Shown here: positions 1 through 8,897 of the stretch, in pieces | How positions within the stretch are numbered: position 1 is the stretch's first letter | Layout: each line of letters starts with the position of its first letter | Origin: a virus | Taxonomy: Duplodnaviria; Heunggongvirae; Uroviricota; Caudoviricetes | Length of the DNA stretch: 64,000 nucleotides | IMG/VR virus record: IMGVR_UViG_3300027710_000009 | Direction: 5' to 3' (one strand) | The notes under the pieces: model-generated | What the model was told of the DNA's origin: nothing | Databases searched by the model: none | The model's input: the letters and a program-made list of their open reading frames with translations, nothing else | Translations under genes and position numbers: made by a program

Positions 1-833
1 GGTGCTTCGGGGGCTTGTGGTTGAACCAAGACATTGGCTTTCTCCTCTTTGAATGACCATATGCCTTTGCGTTGACCTTCTTTGATCAATTCAACTACTG
101 CGGCTTCTGTTGCTGATTTAACAGCATAGGTGCCAGGTTCATTGATTGTCATTCCAATCTCACCTTCAAAGGCTTTTGTGCCAGCATCAAAGAATTTCAA
201 TGCTGTCACGCTGTCTGCACTACTTAATATAGTTTTTTGCACAGTTACACTGATCAGTACTTTTCCTGTTTGTACACTAACAGCACGTAGACCAACAGTA
301 ACAATATCTTCTGAATACAATGAACTTGCGCCAATACCCAACCAACGTGCGCCTACGCCACCCGATTTGGTTGAGCTGTCATAGCCTACAATGCCACCTT
401 CAATTATCATGCCAGCAAACTGCATGGGCATGAGTGGCTTGGCATTAGGACCTTCATATGCTTCGCGCATTTGGCGAATGATAGTACGCTCTTTGGTCAA
501 GTTGTCAATGCCCACACGTTCAACAACATCAAACCACTGTCCGCGGCCTACATTTTGCAAAGCCTGAATCAGGAATGTTTCACCACCTTGAGTGACTGCT
601 GTTGATAAACTAGCAATACCCGAGGTAGGACGGCGTTGTCCTGTTTTGTCCAAGAATGAATAAACTGCTACTGAAACTGGTTTTCCGCTCGCGGGTGCAG
701 GAAGTATATCAAACTCTTTGGCCATCATGCTCTTGGTCACAACAGGTGCTTGGTCAAATTGTCCGGTACGTTGGAAACTGGCACAACCACTCAACACAGT
801 CAAAACTGACAGGGCTATTATTGCTTTTTTCAT
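1..833 (-). CDS. csgG: Curli secretion channel CsgG-like lipoprotein (partial, runs off window start; not in ORF track)
   Basis: Manual translation from ATG at 833: MKKAIIALSVLTVLSGC (lipobox) ... VAVYSFLDKTGQRRP...STAVTQGG...WFDVVER.G..NL.KER.IIR, typical CsgG motifs; directly downstream of CsgF-like gene. Confidence 0.9.
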   Translation of the reverse strand, partial: MKKAIIALSVLTVLSGCASFQRTGQFDQAPVVTKSMMAKEFDILPAPASGKPVSVAVYSFLDKTGQRRPTSGIASLSTAVTQGGETFLIQALQNVGRGQWFDVVERVGIDNLTKERTIIRQMREAYEGPNAKPLMPMQFAGMIIEGGIVGYDSSTKSGGVGARWLGIGASSLYSEDIVTVGLRAVSVQTGKVLISVTVQKTILSSADSVTALKFFDAGTKAFEGEIGMTINEPGTYAVKSATEAAVVELIKEGQRKGIWSFKEEKANVLVQPQAPEA

Positions 834-834
834 T

Positions 835-1329
835 TTACAGCCCCGGAATCTGGAATTGTGCTAGCGGTATGATAACCGTGGTAGGAACGCCATTTTGAAG
901 TATGGTCATTTCAATATTGGTTCCAATCTTTTGCCATGCAATAGATGTAAGTGGCACACCGTTTACATCTTTTTCCATGACAAACGTACCTGCACAAGGA
1001 TCTGCTGTGGTAGCACAGTTGCCATTGGCAAACATGGCTGTTGCTAGATTTTGGCTGAATTGTGCGTAGATACGCGATTCCAAGTTGTTCATAAACTTGG
1101 CAATGTTGGTGTTTTTCTTGTCAGCAATTTCTTTATCAATTGCCGCTTGTATCTTATCTGCTCTTTCTTTAGCTCTTGTCTGTTCTTGGTTTTCAATAGT
1201 CAGAACATGACTAGAATATCCAACGCCATTAAAGGCTGGACTTTTGAAAGAAAAATCATTGAGCGGTGCACCTAATACTATGGTGCAGACACTAGCAAGA
1301 AAGGTGGATAGTATTATTTTAGTTTTCAT
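835..1329 (-). CDS. csgF: Curli assembly component CsgF-like protein
   Basis: Signal peptide followed by FSFKSPAFNG (CsgF F-x-NP-x-FGG-like motif), then F.NNLESRIYAQ; adjacent to csgG. Confidence 0.75.
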   Translation of the reverse strand: MKTKIILSTFLASVCTIVLGAPLNDFSFKSPAFNGVGYSSHVLTIENQEQTRAKERADKIQAAIDKEIADKKNTNIAKFMNNLESRIYAQFSQNLATAMFANGNCATTADPCAGTFVMEKDVNGVPLTSIAWQKIGTNIEMTILQNGVPTTVIIPLAQFQIPGL

Positions 1330-1332
1330 AAC

Positions 1333-1365
1333 CCACTGCTCCTTATAGTTATTTAAGGAGGGTGG
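1333..1365 (-). promoter_or_regulatory. RBS-sequestering hairpin with a TAAATA late-promoter motif in its loop, upstream of csgF
   Basis: Minus strand CCACCCTCCTTA-AATAACTA-TAAGGAGCAGTGG; the AAGGAG SD pairs with CTCCTT. Confidence 0.7.
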
Positions 1366-1380
1366 ATTCGAAATTTTATG

Positions 1381-1722
1381 CTAAGTGATTTGTTGTTCTA
1401 TCACAAGAGATGTTGAATTATTATTTTTAGTACGTTCAAGCACTATTTCATAAAAACTATCAAGTTCGCCGCCGAACTTGCCAAACAAATTTTCACACAG
1501 TACCATGGCCTGATTGCAATCATTGTTTTTAATTGCATCAATCAGTTGTTCATGCAAGCTGACATTTTTTTCAAGACTTGACATTTCCATTGCAATTTGT
1601 TCAACTGGCAAAACACAAAATGCTGGCACAGGGCCGCCAGGATGTGGCATGGTATCTAGTTCCAGTACTGTGTATTTTTTACGAAGCTCGTCTGCTACTG
1701 CTTGTGTTAGTACAATGTGCAT
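1381..1722 (-). CDS. Hypothetical phage protein (likely start MHIVL at 1722)
   Basis: ORF in operon orientation; start abuts stop of upstream gene. Confidence 0.7.
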   Translation of the reverse strand: MHIVLTQAVADELRKKYTVLELDTMPHPGGPVPAFCVLPVEQIAMEMSSLEKNVSLHEQLIDAIKNNDCNQAMVLCENLFGKFGGELDSFYEIVLERTKNNNSTSLVIEQQIT

Positions 1723-1723
1723 G

Positions 1724-1951
1724 TTACCACCTGGCTGTTTCTTTTCTAAATTCTTCAAGTCTTGCGCTTTTACCAGTATCGGTGGCAGTGGCATGGTTGC
1801 CACCAGTCTGCACTAGATGTGCAACCATGTCGGACATTGATTGTACCTGTACTTTGAGTTCTTCAGAATCCTGTTGAAGAAAAAGTAGTTTGGTATCCAT
1901 GGCTTTGATTATACTAAGCATTTCAGTTAATTGTTGGTTTGTATCTGTCAT
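1724..1951 (-). CDS. Small coiled-coil hypothetical protein
   Basis: 75 aa ORF tightly packed between neighbours. Confidence 0.6.
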   Translation of the reverse strand: MTDTNQQLTEMLSIIKAMDTKLLFLQQDSEELKVQVQSMSDMVAHLVQTGGNHATATDTGKSARLEEFRKETARW

Positions 1952-2502
1952 TAGGAATAGGCCTTTTCGCGAGGATTTGGTACTCTTGCTAGTTTGTATA
2001 TATGTTGTACACCCAAGGCTTGATAATAACAGTCCATGAGTGCGTTGTGTGCGGCCTTGCGGTCTTTTTCACGTGGATCACCGTGTACACCAAACAGTGT
2101 ACGGCTGTCACGAATTTGCCAGAACTGCCATGGTGTGGGCTTGGATAGTTGGCGGTATAGATTTTCAAGTATAACAATGTCAAATGCAGGACCTTGACAC
2201 CAGATGTTTTCCACACCAACCAGGAACTTGTTCAGCGCACGAGTCATGTTGTCAATTCCAACACGATCGCTTTCACCCAGTGCTTCTTCACGCACTGCTT
2301 CGTCTTGTTTGCCCCACCACTCCACTGTGCTTTCTAACACATGCCGATCCAGCGCCAGTTGTTCGTCTACATTCACACGCATGTACAAACCGTTTTCTGT
2401 GTCGATGTCATCACCCCATGGATCAAACTTCACAGCGCCAATGGTAAGGATCACACTCTCTGGGCGTGTGCTCAGAGTTTCAAGATCTAGCATCACGTCC
2501 AT
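1951..2502 (-). CDS. DEDDh 3'-5' exonuclease (Rv2179c/exonuclease A-like)
   Basis: MLDLETL, FDIVIL, RDSRT, HNALMD motifs. Confidence 0.85.
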   Translation of the reverse strand: MDVMLDLETLSTRPESVILTIGAVKFDPWGDDIDTENGLYMRVNVDEQLALDRHVLESTVEWWGKQDEAVREEALGESDRVGIDNMTRALNKFLVGVENIWCQGPAFDIVILENLYRQLSKPTPWQFWQIRDSRTLFGVHGDPREKDRKAAHNALMDCYYQALGVQHIYKLARVPNPREKAYS

Positions 2503-2503
2503 G

Positions 2504-2824
2504 TTAGTTGTCCACTTCTAGTTTGACTTGCAGTGGGAAGCCGTTGTTGCGAGCCAGCACAGTTGCTTCAATGCCTTTTTGTTCTGCAATTTCAAATGGG
2601 TACACAGCAATAACACCAGATCCTTCTGCGTGAATCTGCATGGTTTTTTCGTGTGCTGTTTCTTCTTCGTAGCGGAAGATGGCTTTCAAACATTCAATGA
2701 TAAAATCCATAGTGGTCACTTCGTCGTTGACAAAGATAACTTTGAACATTCTGGGTTCCTGAATATTCAGCTTTGGATCGTGTTTCAATTCATTACGTGG
2801 TTTAATTGCAGTATCAGTTGGCAT
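2504..2824 (-). CDS. clpS: ATP-dependent Clp protease adaptor ClpS
   Basis: P.MFKVIFVNDEVTTMDFII...IH.EG.G.IAVY.FEIAEQK...ARNNGFPLQV. Confidence 0.92.
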   Translation of the reverse strand: MPTDTAIKPRNELKHDPKLNIQEPRMFKVIFVNDEVTTMDFIIECLKAIFRYEEETAHEKTMQIHAEGSGVIAVYPFEIAEQKGIEATVLARNNGFPLQVKLEVDN

Positions 2825-2837
2825 TTGAATCTCTCAA

Positions 2838-2873
2838 AAGTAAAATAGGCTACGAGATAGCCCCGTAGCCTAT
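2838..2873 (-). terminator. Intrinsic terminator-like hairpin after hsp20, overlapped by a sigma70-like promoter for clpS
   Basis: ATAGGCTACG...CGTAGCCTAT stem followed by TTTACTTTT on minus strand; TTGCAA(2902-2897)-17-TATAAT(2879-2874) immediately upstream. Confidence 0.6.
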
Positions 2874-2879
2874 ATTATA

Positions 2880-3332
2880 TTACTTAGAGTAAGTAATTGC
2901 AACCTTCTTGGGCTTCTGAGTTTCCGGAACACGGTGTTCCAAAGATATCCTCAAAATTCCAGTAGCAATGTTGGCTGTGAGAATTTCCACATTTTCATTT
3001 AATGGAAAACTGCGCTCAAAATTGCGTGTTGCTAGGCCGCGGTGTAGATATTCGTGTGTGTCATCAGTGGGGCGTTGGCGCTCACCTCTGACTGTTAACA
3101 CATTCTGTCCATATGCGTTGGTCACAGTTTCAATATCAATTTCGCTTTCTTCAAATCCGGCCACAGCCATTTCGATCAAGTAACGATTGTCACCTGTGCG
3201 AATGATGTTGTGTGGAGGATAGTTGTCTTGTTTGGACACCGTAAAAGAACGATTGATTTCTTCGAACAGTTGGTCGAAGCCTACAAAACTGCGATGTAGG
3301 GTAGGTAGGTCTAGAGTTAGATATGTTGTCAT
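2880..3332 (-). CDS. hsp20: Small heat shock protein Hsp20 (IbpA-like)
   Basis: FVGFDQLF, NYPPHNI, IEMAVAGF, YLHRGLATRNFERSF, GILRISL. Confidence 0.95.
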   Translation of the reverse strand: MTTYLTLDLPTLHRSFVGFDQLFEEINRSFTVSKQDNYPPHNIIRTGDNRYLIEMAVAGFEESEIDIETVTNAYGQNVLTVRGERQRPTDDTHEYLHRGLATRNFERSFPLNENVEILTANIATGILRISLEHRVPETQKPKKVAITYSK

Positions 3333-3420
3333 TTTATTTCTCCTTTAAGCAAATATGACTTGTAAGACCCCTAAGGCATCTTACAAATATATTTATACTT
3401 GATTCAACAGGAGATGTCAA
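3328..3420 (-). promoter_or_regulatory. hsp20 promoter (TTGACA-17-TATAAA overlapping TATAAATA) and two-hairpin ROSE-like 5' UTR
   Basis: Hairpin TTGTAAGA...TCTTACAA, then GTCAT-ATTTGCTTAAAGGAGAAATAAA-ATGAC, which can pair over the SD and AUG. Confidence 0.6.
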
Positions 3421-3421
3421 A

Positions 3422-3661
3422 TTAATACATCTTTTTTGGCAAAGTTTCTGAAGCTACTTTTTTCTGCCAGCGCCGCTTGGCTTGACTTTTTGCTTTTTTA
3501 CGAGCTGTGGTTGGCTTTTCGTAAAACTCACGTTCGCGCAGGTCTTGAAGCAGTCCGCTTTCTTGAACTTTCTTTTTGAACTTGCGTAGAGCTTTTTCAA
3601 CTTGGTCGTTGACCACTTCAACTTTTAGACCTACTAGTGTAGTTGGGTGTTTATATCTCAT
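3422..3661 (-). CDS. rpsU: Ribosomal protein bS21
   Basis: VEKALRKFKKKVQESGLLQDLREREFYEKPTTARKKAK..A.RR, canonical S21. Confidence 0.95.
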   Translation of the reverse strand: MRYKHPTTLVGLKVEVVNDQVEKALRKFKKKVQESGLLQDLREREFYEKPTTARKKAKSQAKRRWQKKVASETLPKKMY

Positions 3662-4865
3662 GTGTCTCCTGTGTCATTGTATTAGTAGTTATCATGTCTT
3701 CCGTGACCGCTAACAGTTTAACTCCATTCTTTTTTAGCTCTTGCATGCCATACATGTATGGCATCATGCTTTGTTCTAAAACAGTTTTGAGCCCTCTTGC
3801 TCCAATGTTGAGATCCAGAGCTTGTTGTGCAATAGCCAGTATTGCGGAGTCATCAAATTCAAGTTCTACATTGTCGCTGGAAAAGTAAAATTTCATCTGC
3901 CCAAGCAGGCTGTTTTTGGGCTCAATCAATATGCGAGTAAAGTCTTCTAGTGTAAGCGGATCCAGTTCAACTGCTACTGGAAACCGTCCAATAAATTCTG
4001 GAATCATTCCGTACTTCATGAAGTCTTCAGGCAACACGCCAGAGTGGTCTGTTGATTTTTCTGTGTTTCGTGTAAAACCTATACTGGTACCTTTGCGGCG
4101 CTTGTCAATAATGTCACGCATGCCATCAAATGCGCCACCTGCAATAAACAGGATATTGCTGGTATCTATTTCCACAGTTTCTATAGCAGGGTGTTTTTTG
4201 TTGCCGTTCATGGTAACACGGCATTTGGTGCCTTCAACCATTTTCAACAAGGCCTGCTGTACACCCTCACCACCAACGTCTCGATGTATACTGGCGCTTT
4301 CGCTTTTGCGGCCAATCTTGTCAATTTCATCAATGAACACAATGCCTCGTTCGCAACGGGCAACATCGTTGTCGGCTTCACTGAGCAGTCTGCCCACTAG
4401 GCTTTCAACATCTTCCCCCACGTAGCCAGCTTGTGTCAGTGTGGTTGCATCAGCAATCACAAATGGCACATTTAGATATCTAGCCACTGTTTTGGCCAGC
4501 AGTGTTTTACCTGACCCGCTGGGACCAAACATCAAGAGGTTGCTCTTTTCTAGTTCAATTTTGGGTTTGAAATACACTCGTTTGTAGTGATTGACCACTG
4601 CAACACTCAGTGCTATCTTGGCAGTGTCTTGACCAATGATATACTGATCAAGAAATTTTCTTACCTTGATTGGATCCAGAGCTTTGTTGATCTTGCGATC
4701 AGCTTTGATTGAATCCAATCTGTCATTGTCAAGAATGCTAGAACATAATTCTATACATTCATTACAAATTGATGCTTCATTGGCCACAATTAGTTTTTTG
4801 ACTTCACTGCGAGCCTTGCCGCAGAAGTCACAACTCATGTGCCTGATTTGAACTAGATCATCCAT
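3651..4865 (-). CDS. clpX: ClpX AAA+ unfoldase
   Basis: N-terminal C4 zinc domain (CDFC...CNEC), GPSGSGKT, DATTLTQAGYVGEDVES, IDEIDK, RDVGGEGVQQALLK, IGF loop, GARGL. Confidence 0.97.
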   Translation of the reverse strand: MDDLVQIRHMSCDFCGKARSEVKKLIVANEASICNECIELCSSILDNDRLDSIKADRKINKALDPIKVRKFLDQYIIGQDTAKIALSVAVVNHYKRVYFKPKIELEKSNLLMFGPSGSGKTLLAKTVARYLNVPFVIADATTLTQAGYVGEDVESLVGRLLSEADNDVARCERGIVFIDEIDKIGRKSESASIHRDVGGEGVQQALLKMVEGTKCRVTMNGNKKHPAIETVEIDTSNILFIAGGAFDGMRDIIDKRRKGTSIGFTRNTEKSTDHSGVLPEDFMKYGMIPEFIGRFPVAVELDPLTLEDFTRILIEPKNSLLGQMKFYFSSDNVELEFDDSAILAIAQQALDLNIGARGLKTVLEQSMMPYMYGMQELKKNGVKLLAVTEDMITTNTMTQETHEI

Positions 4866-5220
4866 ATGTTTTTAGAAACCAGTCAATGGGTTTGATTATT
4901 TTACGGTCGTTGCCTAGGAAATTGGTATCTCCGTAGTACCAGGTGTGCGGCCCTTTGATTAGATCACGCTTGATGTGATCAACCACTGTGGATTGCATGT
5001 TTAGAATTATATGGTCAACACGATTGATTGCTCCAGCAAGCCAAAGTTCATCCAGCATGATATCACTGTAGATGTAGATGTTGAGATTGAGTGGCGCCGT
5101 CTTGCACCACAGTGCAACACTTTCAATATCCACCCAGTCAGCATCAACAATAAGAATTGAAGGATTTGATTCTTTAACGTAGTCTGGGGGAGTTACAAAG
5201 TTGCTATAGTTCTGTGTCAT
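4858..5220 (-). CDS. Hypothetical protein
   Basis: ORF overlapping both neighbours; start uncertain. Confidence 0.65.
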   Translation of the reverse strand: MTQNYSNFVTPPDYVKESNPSILIVDADWVDIESVALWCKTAPLNLNIYIYSDIMLDELWLAGAINRVDHIILNMQSTVVDHIKRDLIKGPHTWYYGDTNFLGNDRKIIKPIDWFLKTYG

Positions 5221-7273
5221 GGTCACGTAGGTATTGATTGATTTCGTTACGTTCAGCGTCATTCAAGTCATCGATGTCATATTCACCACTACGGATTTTT
5301 TCAATCAAATGTTCAATATAGGCCTGATTGTAAGCCAGTCTGTCATTGGTACTTTTATCTATTTCAATCCACTTGGTACCATTGAATTTATAAAGCCTGC
5401 TGGGCAGATAGTCAATGCGCAAAAACACATCGCTCTTGTCAGGATCAGCAGGGAATGCACTGCCAAATCCTGCATCTCCACTGTTGGCAATTTCCACATC
5501 ATCTGCTTGTGCAGGTCTATTGTAGTTTGCAAAATACTTTTCTTCAAATCCCAGTGTGGGATCATACACTACTTCTTCGCCAGAGTCAACAGGCTCAGCC
5601 ACAACTGGGTCTGGCTCTTGCACAACTTCTTGCACTACCACTTGTTCTTCAATTGCAGGAGGTGCAACTACTTCTTCAACAAACACTGACGGAGGTGGCG
5701 GCAATAATGCAACAAGTTCATTTACTTTGGAATTGCGTTCTTCAGCCACAGTGATAGCCGCCATCAAGTCTGCTTGCAGTTGGGAAACCCAACCATTTAA
5801 TTTTTCAATCTCTTGATCTTTTTTGTCAATGTCAATACGTAAACGAGCAATGTTGTTATTGGCACCAGTTAAGTTTTTATCTAGCTGTGCTTTTTGCAAA
5901 CCAAGATCATTTGCAGATGCACTGGTAGCTTCAAATGCAGTTTTCAAATCGCTTTTGATTTGTTCGCTTTGTGCCAGTTCTGCTTCAAGTTCACCACGGC
6001 GTGTTTCGGCACCTGAAAGTTTTTGTTGTAGTGTTTCAAACTCAGCGGCCAGAGTGTCTAGCATTTCTTGCTGTTGTTGTGCTTCGGCCAACAAACGAGT
6101 TTCTTCAGCACGAGCCAGTTCTAGATCTGCAAGCACCGCATCAACGTCAGGTTCCGTTTCTAATTCTGCCAGCTGTGCATTGCCTTCTTTGGCCAGTCGT
6201 TCTGCTTCTTCTGCGTCCAGAGCTTTGGCAATCATCCGGCCACGCCAGAAAAATTGTTCAACTGCTTCCATCTCTTGTGCTTCACGTTGTTCTTCAGTCA
6301 GGGGATGCTCTGTGGATTCCGGTTCTTCAACAGGCGTGGTAGGGGTGGCCTCAGCAGTGACTTTCTCAACTATGGGTTCAGCGTCCACCACCGCAGGAAT
6401 GACCACTGCTGGTTTTTCTTCTACAGGCTTGTTGCGTCTAAAGAAGTTGACCAATGCTTCAAATGATCTCTTTTCTTCTTTTTCTTCATCCTCGTCGTGT
6501 ACCCATCCGCCTCGGCCTCGACGAGCCCATTCCAGTTGCTTGTTAGCGGCAAGAATAAGAGTGAGTGCCAATGGGTCAAACACAATAACGATTAAAATAA
6601 TAACCCAACGCACAGCGGCTTCCAGCATGTTGTTGCTGGCTTCGTCTCCGTAGATCAGTGCCGCGATGTATTTGATAGGCCCAACTTCTGCCTCCACTTT
6701 TCGGAATTCAGCACGGAGTGGCGCGGCCTCTGCACCAAGGGCGGTAATAGTTTTCTGTTCGGCTTGGATCTCGGATTGAAGTCTGACACGTTCTTTTTGT
6801 TGACTGCGTCTAATTTGCACAGCTTTGTCGGCACCTTTTTCGTCACTGCTTCGACCCATAACCTGGTCCACAGCTTCATCCATCTGTTTAAGCGCCTTCC
6901 TGTTGGCATCAATATTGTCCTTTGCTATTTTGATCTTTTCATCGTAAATGGCAACCCGGGCCATTGCATCACCTGACACAAGACTTTGGTCACCGTGTGC
7001 TTTGGACAGGAATCCAAAGATGCCCATGCTTGTGAGTAGCATGAGGAATATGATGGCAGGTATCAGATACAGCTTGAATGCTGTGCCAGCCCGCTTCCAG
7101 TTGTTGTGCAACCAAACAGTTGCTACAATTTTACCTGCTTCCAGCGCACCGCCCATGATCATCACAGGCACAACAGCGGCCGCAAAGATGGCGGTAAGAC
7201 CCACCACCGAGTACCAGGCAGCAATGGCTGAGATTATAACAGAGATGAATAGTATGAAGTATCCGAAGATCAT
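5204..7273 (-). CDS. Multi-pass membrane protein with long coiled coils
   Basis: Three N-terminal hydrophobic helices, coiled coil, fourth TM (VIILIVIVFDPLALTLILAA), long acidic coiled coil, small C-terminal beta domain. Confidence 0.8.
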   Translation of the reverse strand: MIFGYFILFISVIISAIAAWYSVVGLTAIFAAAVVPVMIMGGALEAGKIVATVWLHNNWKRAGTAFKLYLIPAIIFLMLLTSMGIFGFLSKAHGDQSLVSGDAMARVAIYDEKIKIAKDNIDANRKALKQMDEAVDQVMGRSSDEKGADKAVQIRRSQQKERVRLQSEIQAEQKTITALGAEAAPLRAEFRKVEAEVGPIKYIAALIYGDEASNNMLEAAVRWVIILIVIVFDPLALTLILAANKQLEWARRGRGGWVHDEDEEKEEKRSFEALVNFFRRNKPVEEKPAVVIPAVVDAEPIVEKVTAEATPTTPVEEPESTEHPLTEEQREAQEMEAVEQFFWRGRMIAKALDAEEAERLAKEGNAQLAELETEPDVDAVLADLELARAEETRLLAEAQQQQEMLDTLAAEFETLQQKLSGAETRRGELEAELAQSEQIKSDLKTAFEATSASANDLGLQKAQLDKNLTGANNNIARLRIDIDKKDQEIEKLNGWVSQLQADLMAAITVAEERNSKVNELVALLPPPPSVFVEEVVAPPAIEEQVVVQEVVQEPDPVVAEPVDSGEEVVYDPTLGFEEKYFANYNRPAQADDVEIANSGDAGFGSAFPADPDKSDVFLRIDYLPSRLYKFNGTKWIEIDKSTNDRLAYNQAYIEHLIEKIRSGEYDIDDLNDAERNEINQYLRDHDTEL

Positions 7274-7343
7274 AGATGTATTTAACCTAGTTTTTACTAG
7301 ACTAGTTTAACTTGACGCTGAACAAAAAGCAACCAGTTTGGTA

Positions 7344-8885
7344 TCATCCAACTAAGATTTGGAAAATTCCAGTCCATTGCCAATATACAACGCTGGTCAC
7401 AGCGGCACCAGTTGGCGCATCAAATCGAAGATTCAAAGTTTGATAACCTGGAGTTGCATTGGCTTGTAAAAATACTTTGCCGGCATTGACAGCTCCGGCT
7501 GGCCAATTTGTAACATCAGAGTTGTATACTGTTTCGCACAGTTGTTGATCTAGCACAGTATAGTTGCCAGTGGCAGTTGAATATCCAACAGTGGCTATCA
7601 GACGTTTTCGCAAACGCTTTATTCCTAATGCAGTATTACTGGTATCCTGTATATATGTACCCATGACTGCTAGTTCAATTTGTGTGGTTCCCGTGTCACC
7701 CTGGGAAAGAGCATTAAGGCCCGGTACAGGAAAATATCCCTGTAAATTTACATTTGCCCTGTCGCCGCCAGCAAATCCAGCGTAGTACATGGTAAAGGTT
7801 TGGCCAACTTTGGCTTCATAAAATGCTACGCTATAACTTTTTACAAAACCTGCTGTTGTCACAATAGGTAGTGCTGACCCATCATTTGTTATCACGTCAA
7901 AATAACCACTTAGCTGACCTGTAGGAAGTGAAGGAATCTGTTGCTGATTGAATCCTGCGGCTGTGCCATATGACCCTGCTGCGTTGACTGTAAAATTAGG
8001 TGTTGGGTTGTTACCTGTTGCAGGAATGCCAAAAAAACCTATTCCCGGATTACCAAATGGACTTGTGTAAAATTTGAAGTCGGTGGCACCCAACGAGTCA
8101 ATTGCAGTGACAGAAATTCTTGCTCGGGTATTTCCTGCATTGCGTGGTGAATTTTCTCCTGCAAAATCAATGTTGCCGTATATCTCGCCACTGGTAACTG
8201 TGCTGTCCACAGAACGCACAAAGCGTATGGTAGTTGCATCGGTTCCAGTCATGACAAGATTACCACTGGCGTTGATATTGCCTACTGTTAAATTGCCCGT
8301 GACACCAATATTGCCTGTGTAGGTGTTAACTGTATAGATATTGTCGGTGTATGTGTTGCCAGACACTATGGATCCATTGATGTTTGATGACAAATATTGC
8401 GTGGCTGTTTGCAATATTGAGATATTAATATTGGATGCAGTAATGTTTGCCCGTAAAGATGTGATGTTTAGATTGGCTGCTGTGATGTTGGCACGTAGTG
8501 CAGAGATGCTGGCATTGGCTGCTGTTACATTTGACTGTGTGGATGCAATGTTTAGATTGGCCGCTGTGACATTTGCTTGTATGCCAGTAATTGTGGAATT
8601 GACTGGCAAGTATGCTGCCACCACACTGTTACCATAACTACTGGCCGCAAACAATGCGGAAGCCAGTCCTGTATCAACATAGGTTTTCATTCCAATGTTG
8701 GCTGTGGTAATGGCAGAGTTTGCCGCTGTGATGTTGGCACGTAGCTCAGACACCGCAGAGTTTGCCGCTGTGATGTTACCAATCATGTCTCCAACAAACT
8801 GTGTTAGGTTGACCTGGTTGGTACCAGTAGTGATGTTACCAGTTACACTTAATCCTGTTGATATGCCGTAATCTTTTTGACTCAT
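7344..8885 (-). CDS. Putative virion fibre/structural protein with ANITAAN heptad repeats
   Basis: Repeated (L/I)xAN(I/V)TAAN, N/T/G-rich composition. Confidence 0.65.
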   Translation of the reverse strand: MSQKDYGISTGLSVTGNITTGTNQVNLTQFVGDMIGNITAANSAVSELRANITAANSAITTANIGMKTYVDTGLASALFAASSYGNSVVAAYLPVNSTITGIQANVTAANLNIASTQSNVTAANASISALRANITAANLNITSLRANITASNINISILQTATQYLSSNINGSIVSGNTYTDNIYTVNTYTGNIGVTGNLTVGNINASGNLVMTGTDATTIRFVRSVDSTVTSGEIYGNIDFAGENSPRNAGNTRARISVTAIDSLGATDFKFYTSPFGNPGIGFFGIPATGNNPTPNFTVNAAGSYGTAAGFNQQQIPSLPTGQLSGYFDVITNDGSALPIVTTAGFVKSYSVAFYEAKVGQTFTMYYAGFAGGDRANVNLQGYFPVPGLNALSQGDTGTTQIELAVMGTYIQDTSNTALGIKRLRKRLIATVGYSTATGNYTVLDQQLCETVYNSDVTNWPAGAVNAGKVFLQANATPGYQTLNLRFDAPTGAAVTSVVYWQWTGIFQILVG

Positions 8886-8897
8886 ATTTTATTCTCT

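Noticed and set aside
1333-1375. tRNA fragment (GGATTCGAA resembles a T-loop)
   Set aside because: No cloverleaf; explained by the csgF RBS hairpin
5234-7310. Long plus-strand ORFs antisense to genes (also at 33367-36408, 42329-42893 and elsewhere)
   Set aside because: Shadow ORFs of real minus-strand genes; Ser/Cys-rich, no motifs or RBS
8480-8780. DNA repeats GCCGCTGTGATGTT as a non-coding array
   Set aside because: They are in-frame coding repeats of the ANITAAN coiled coil
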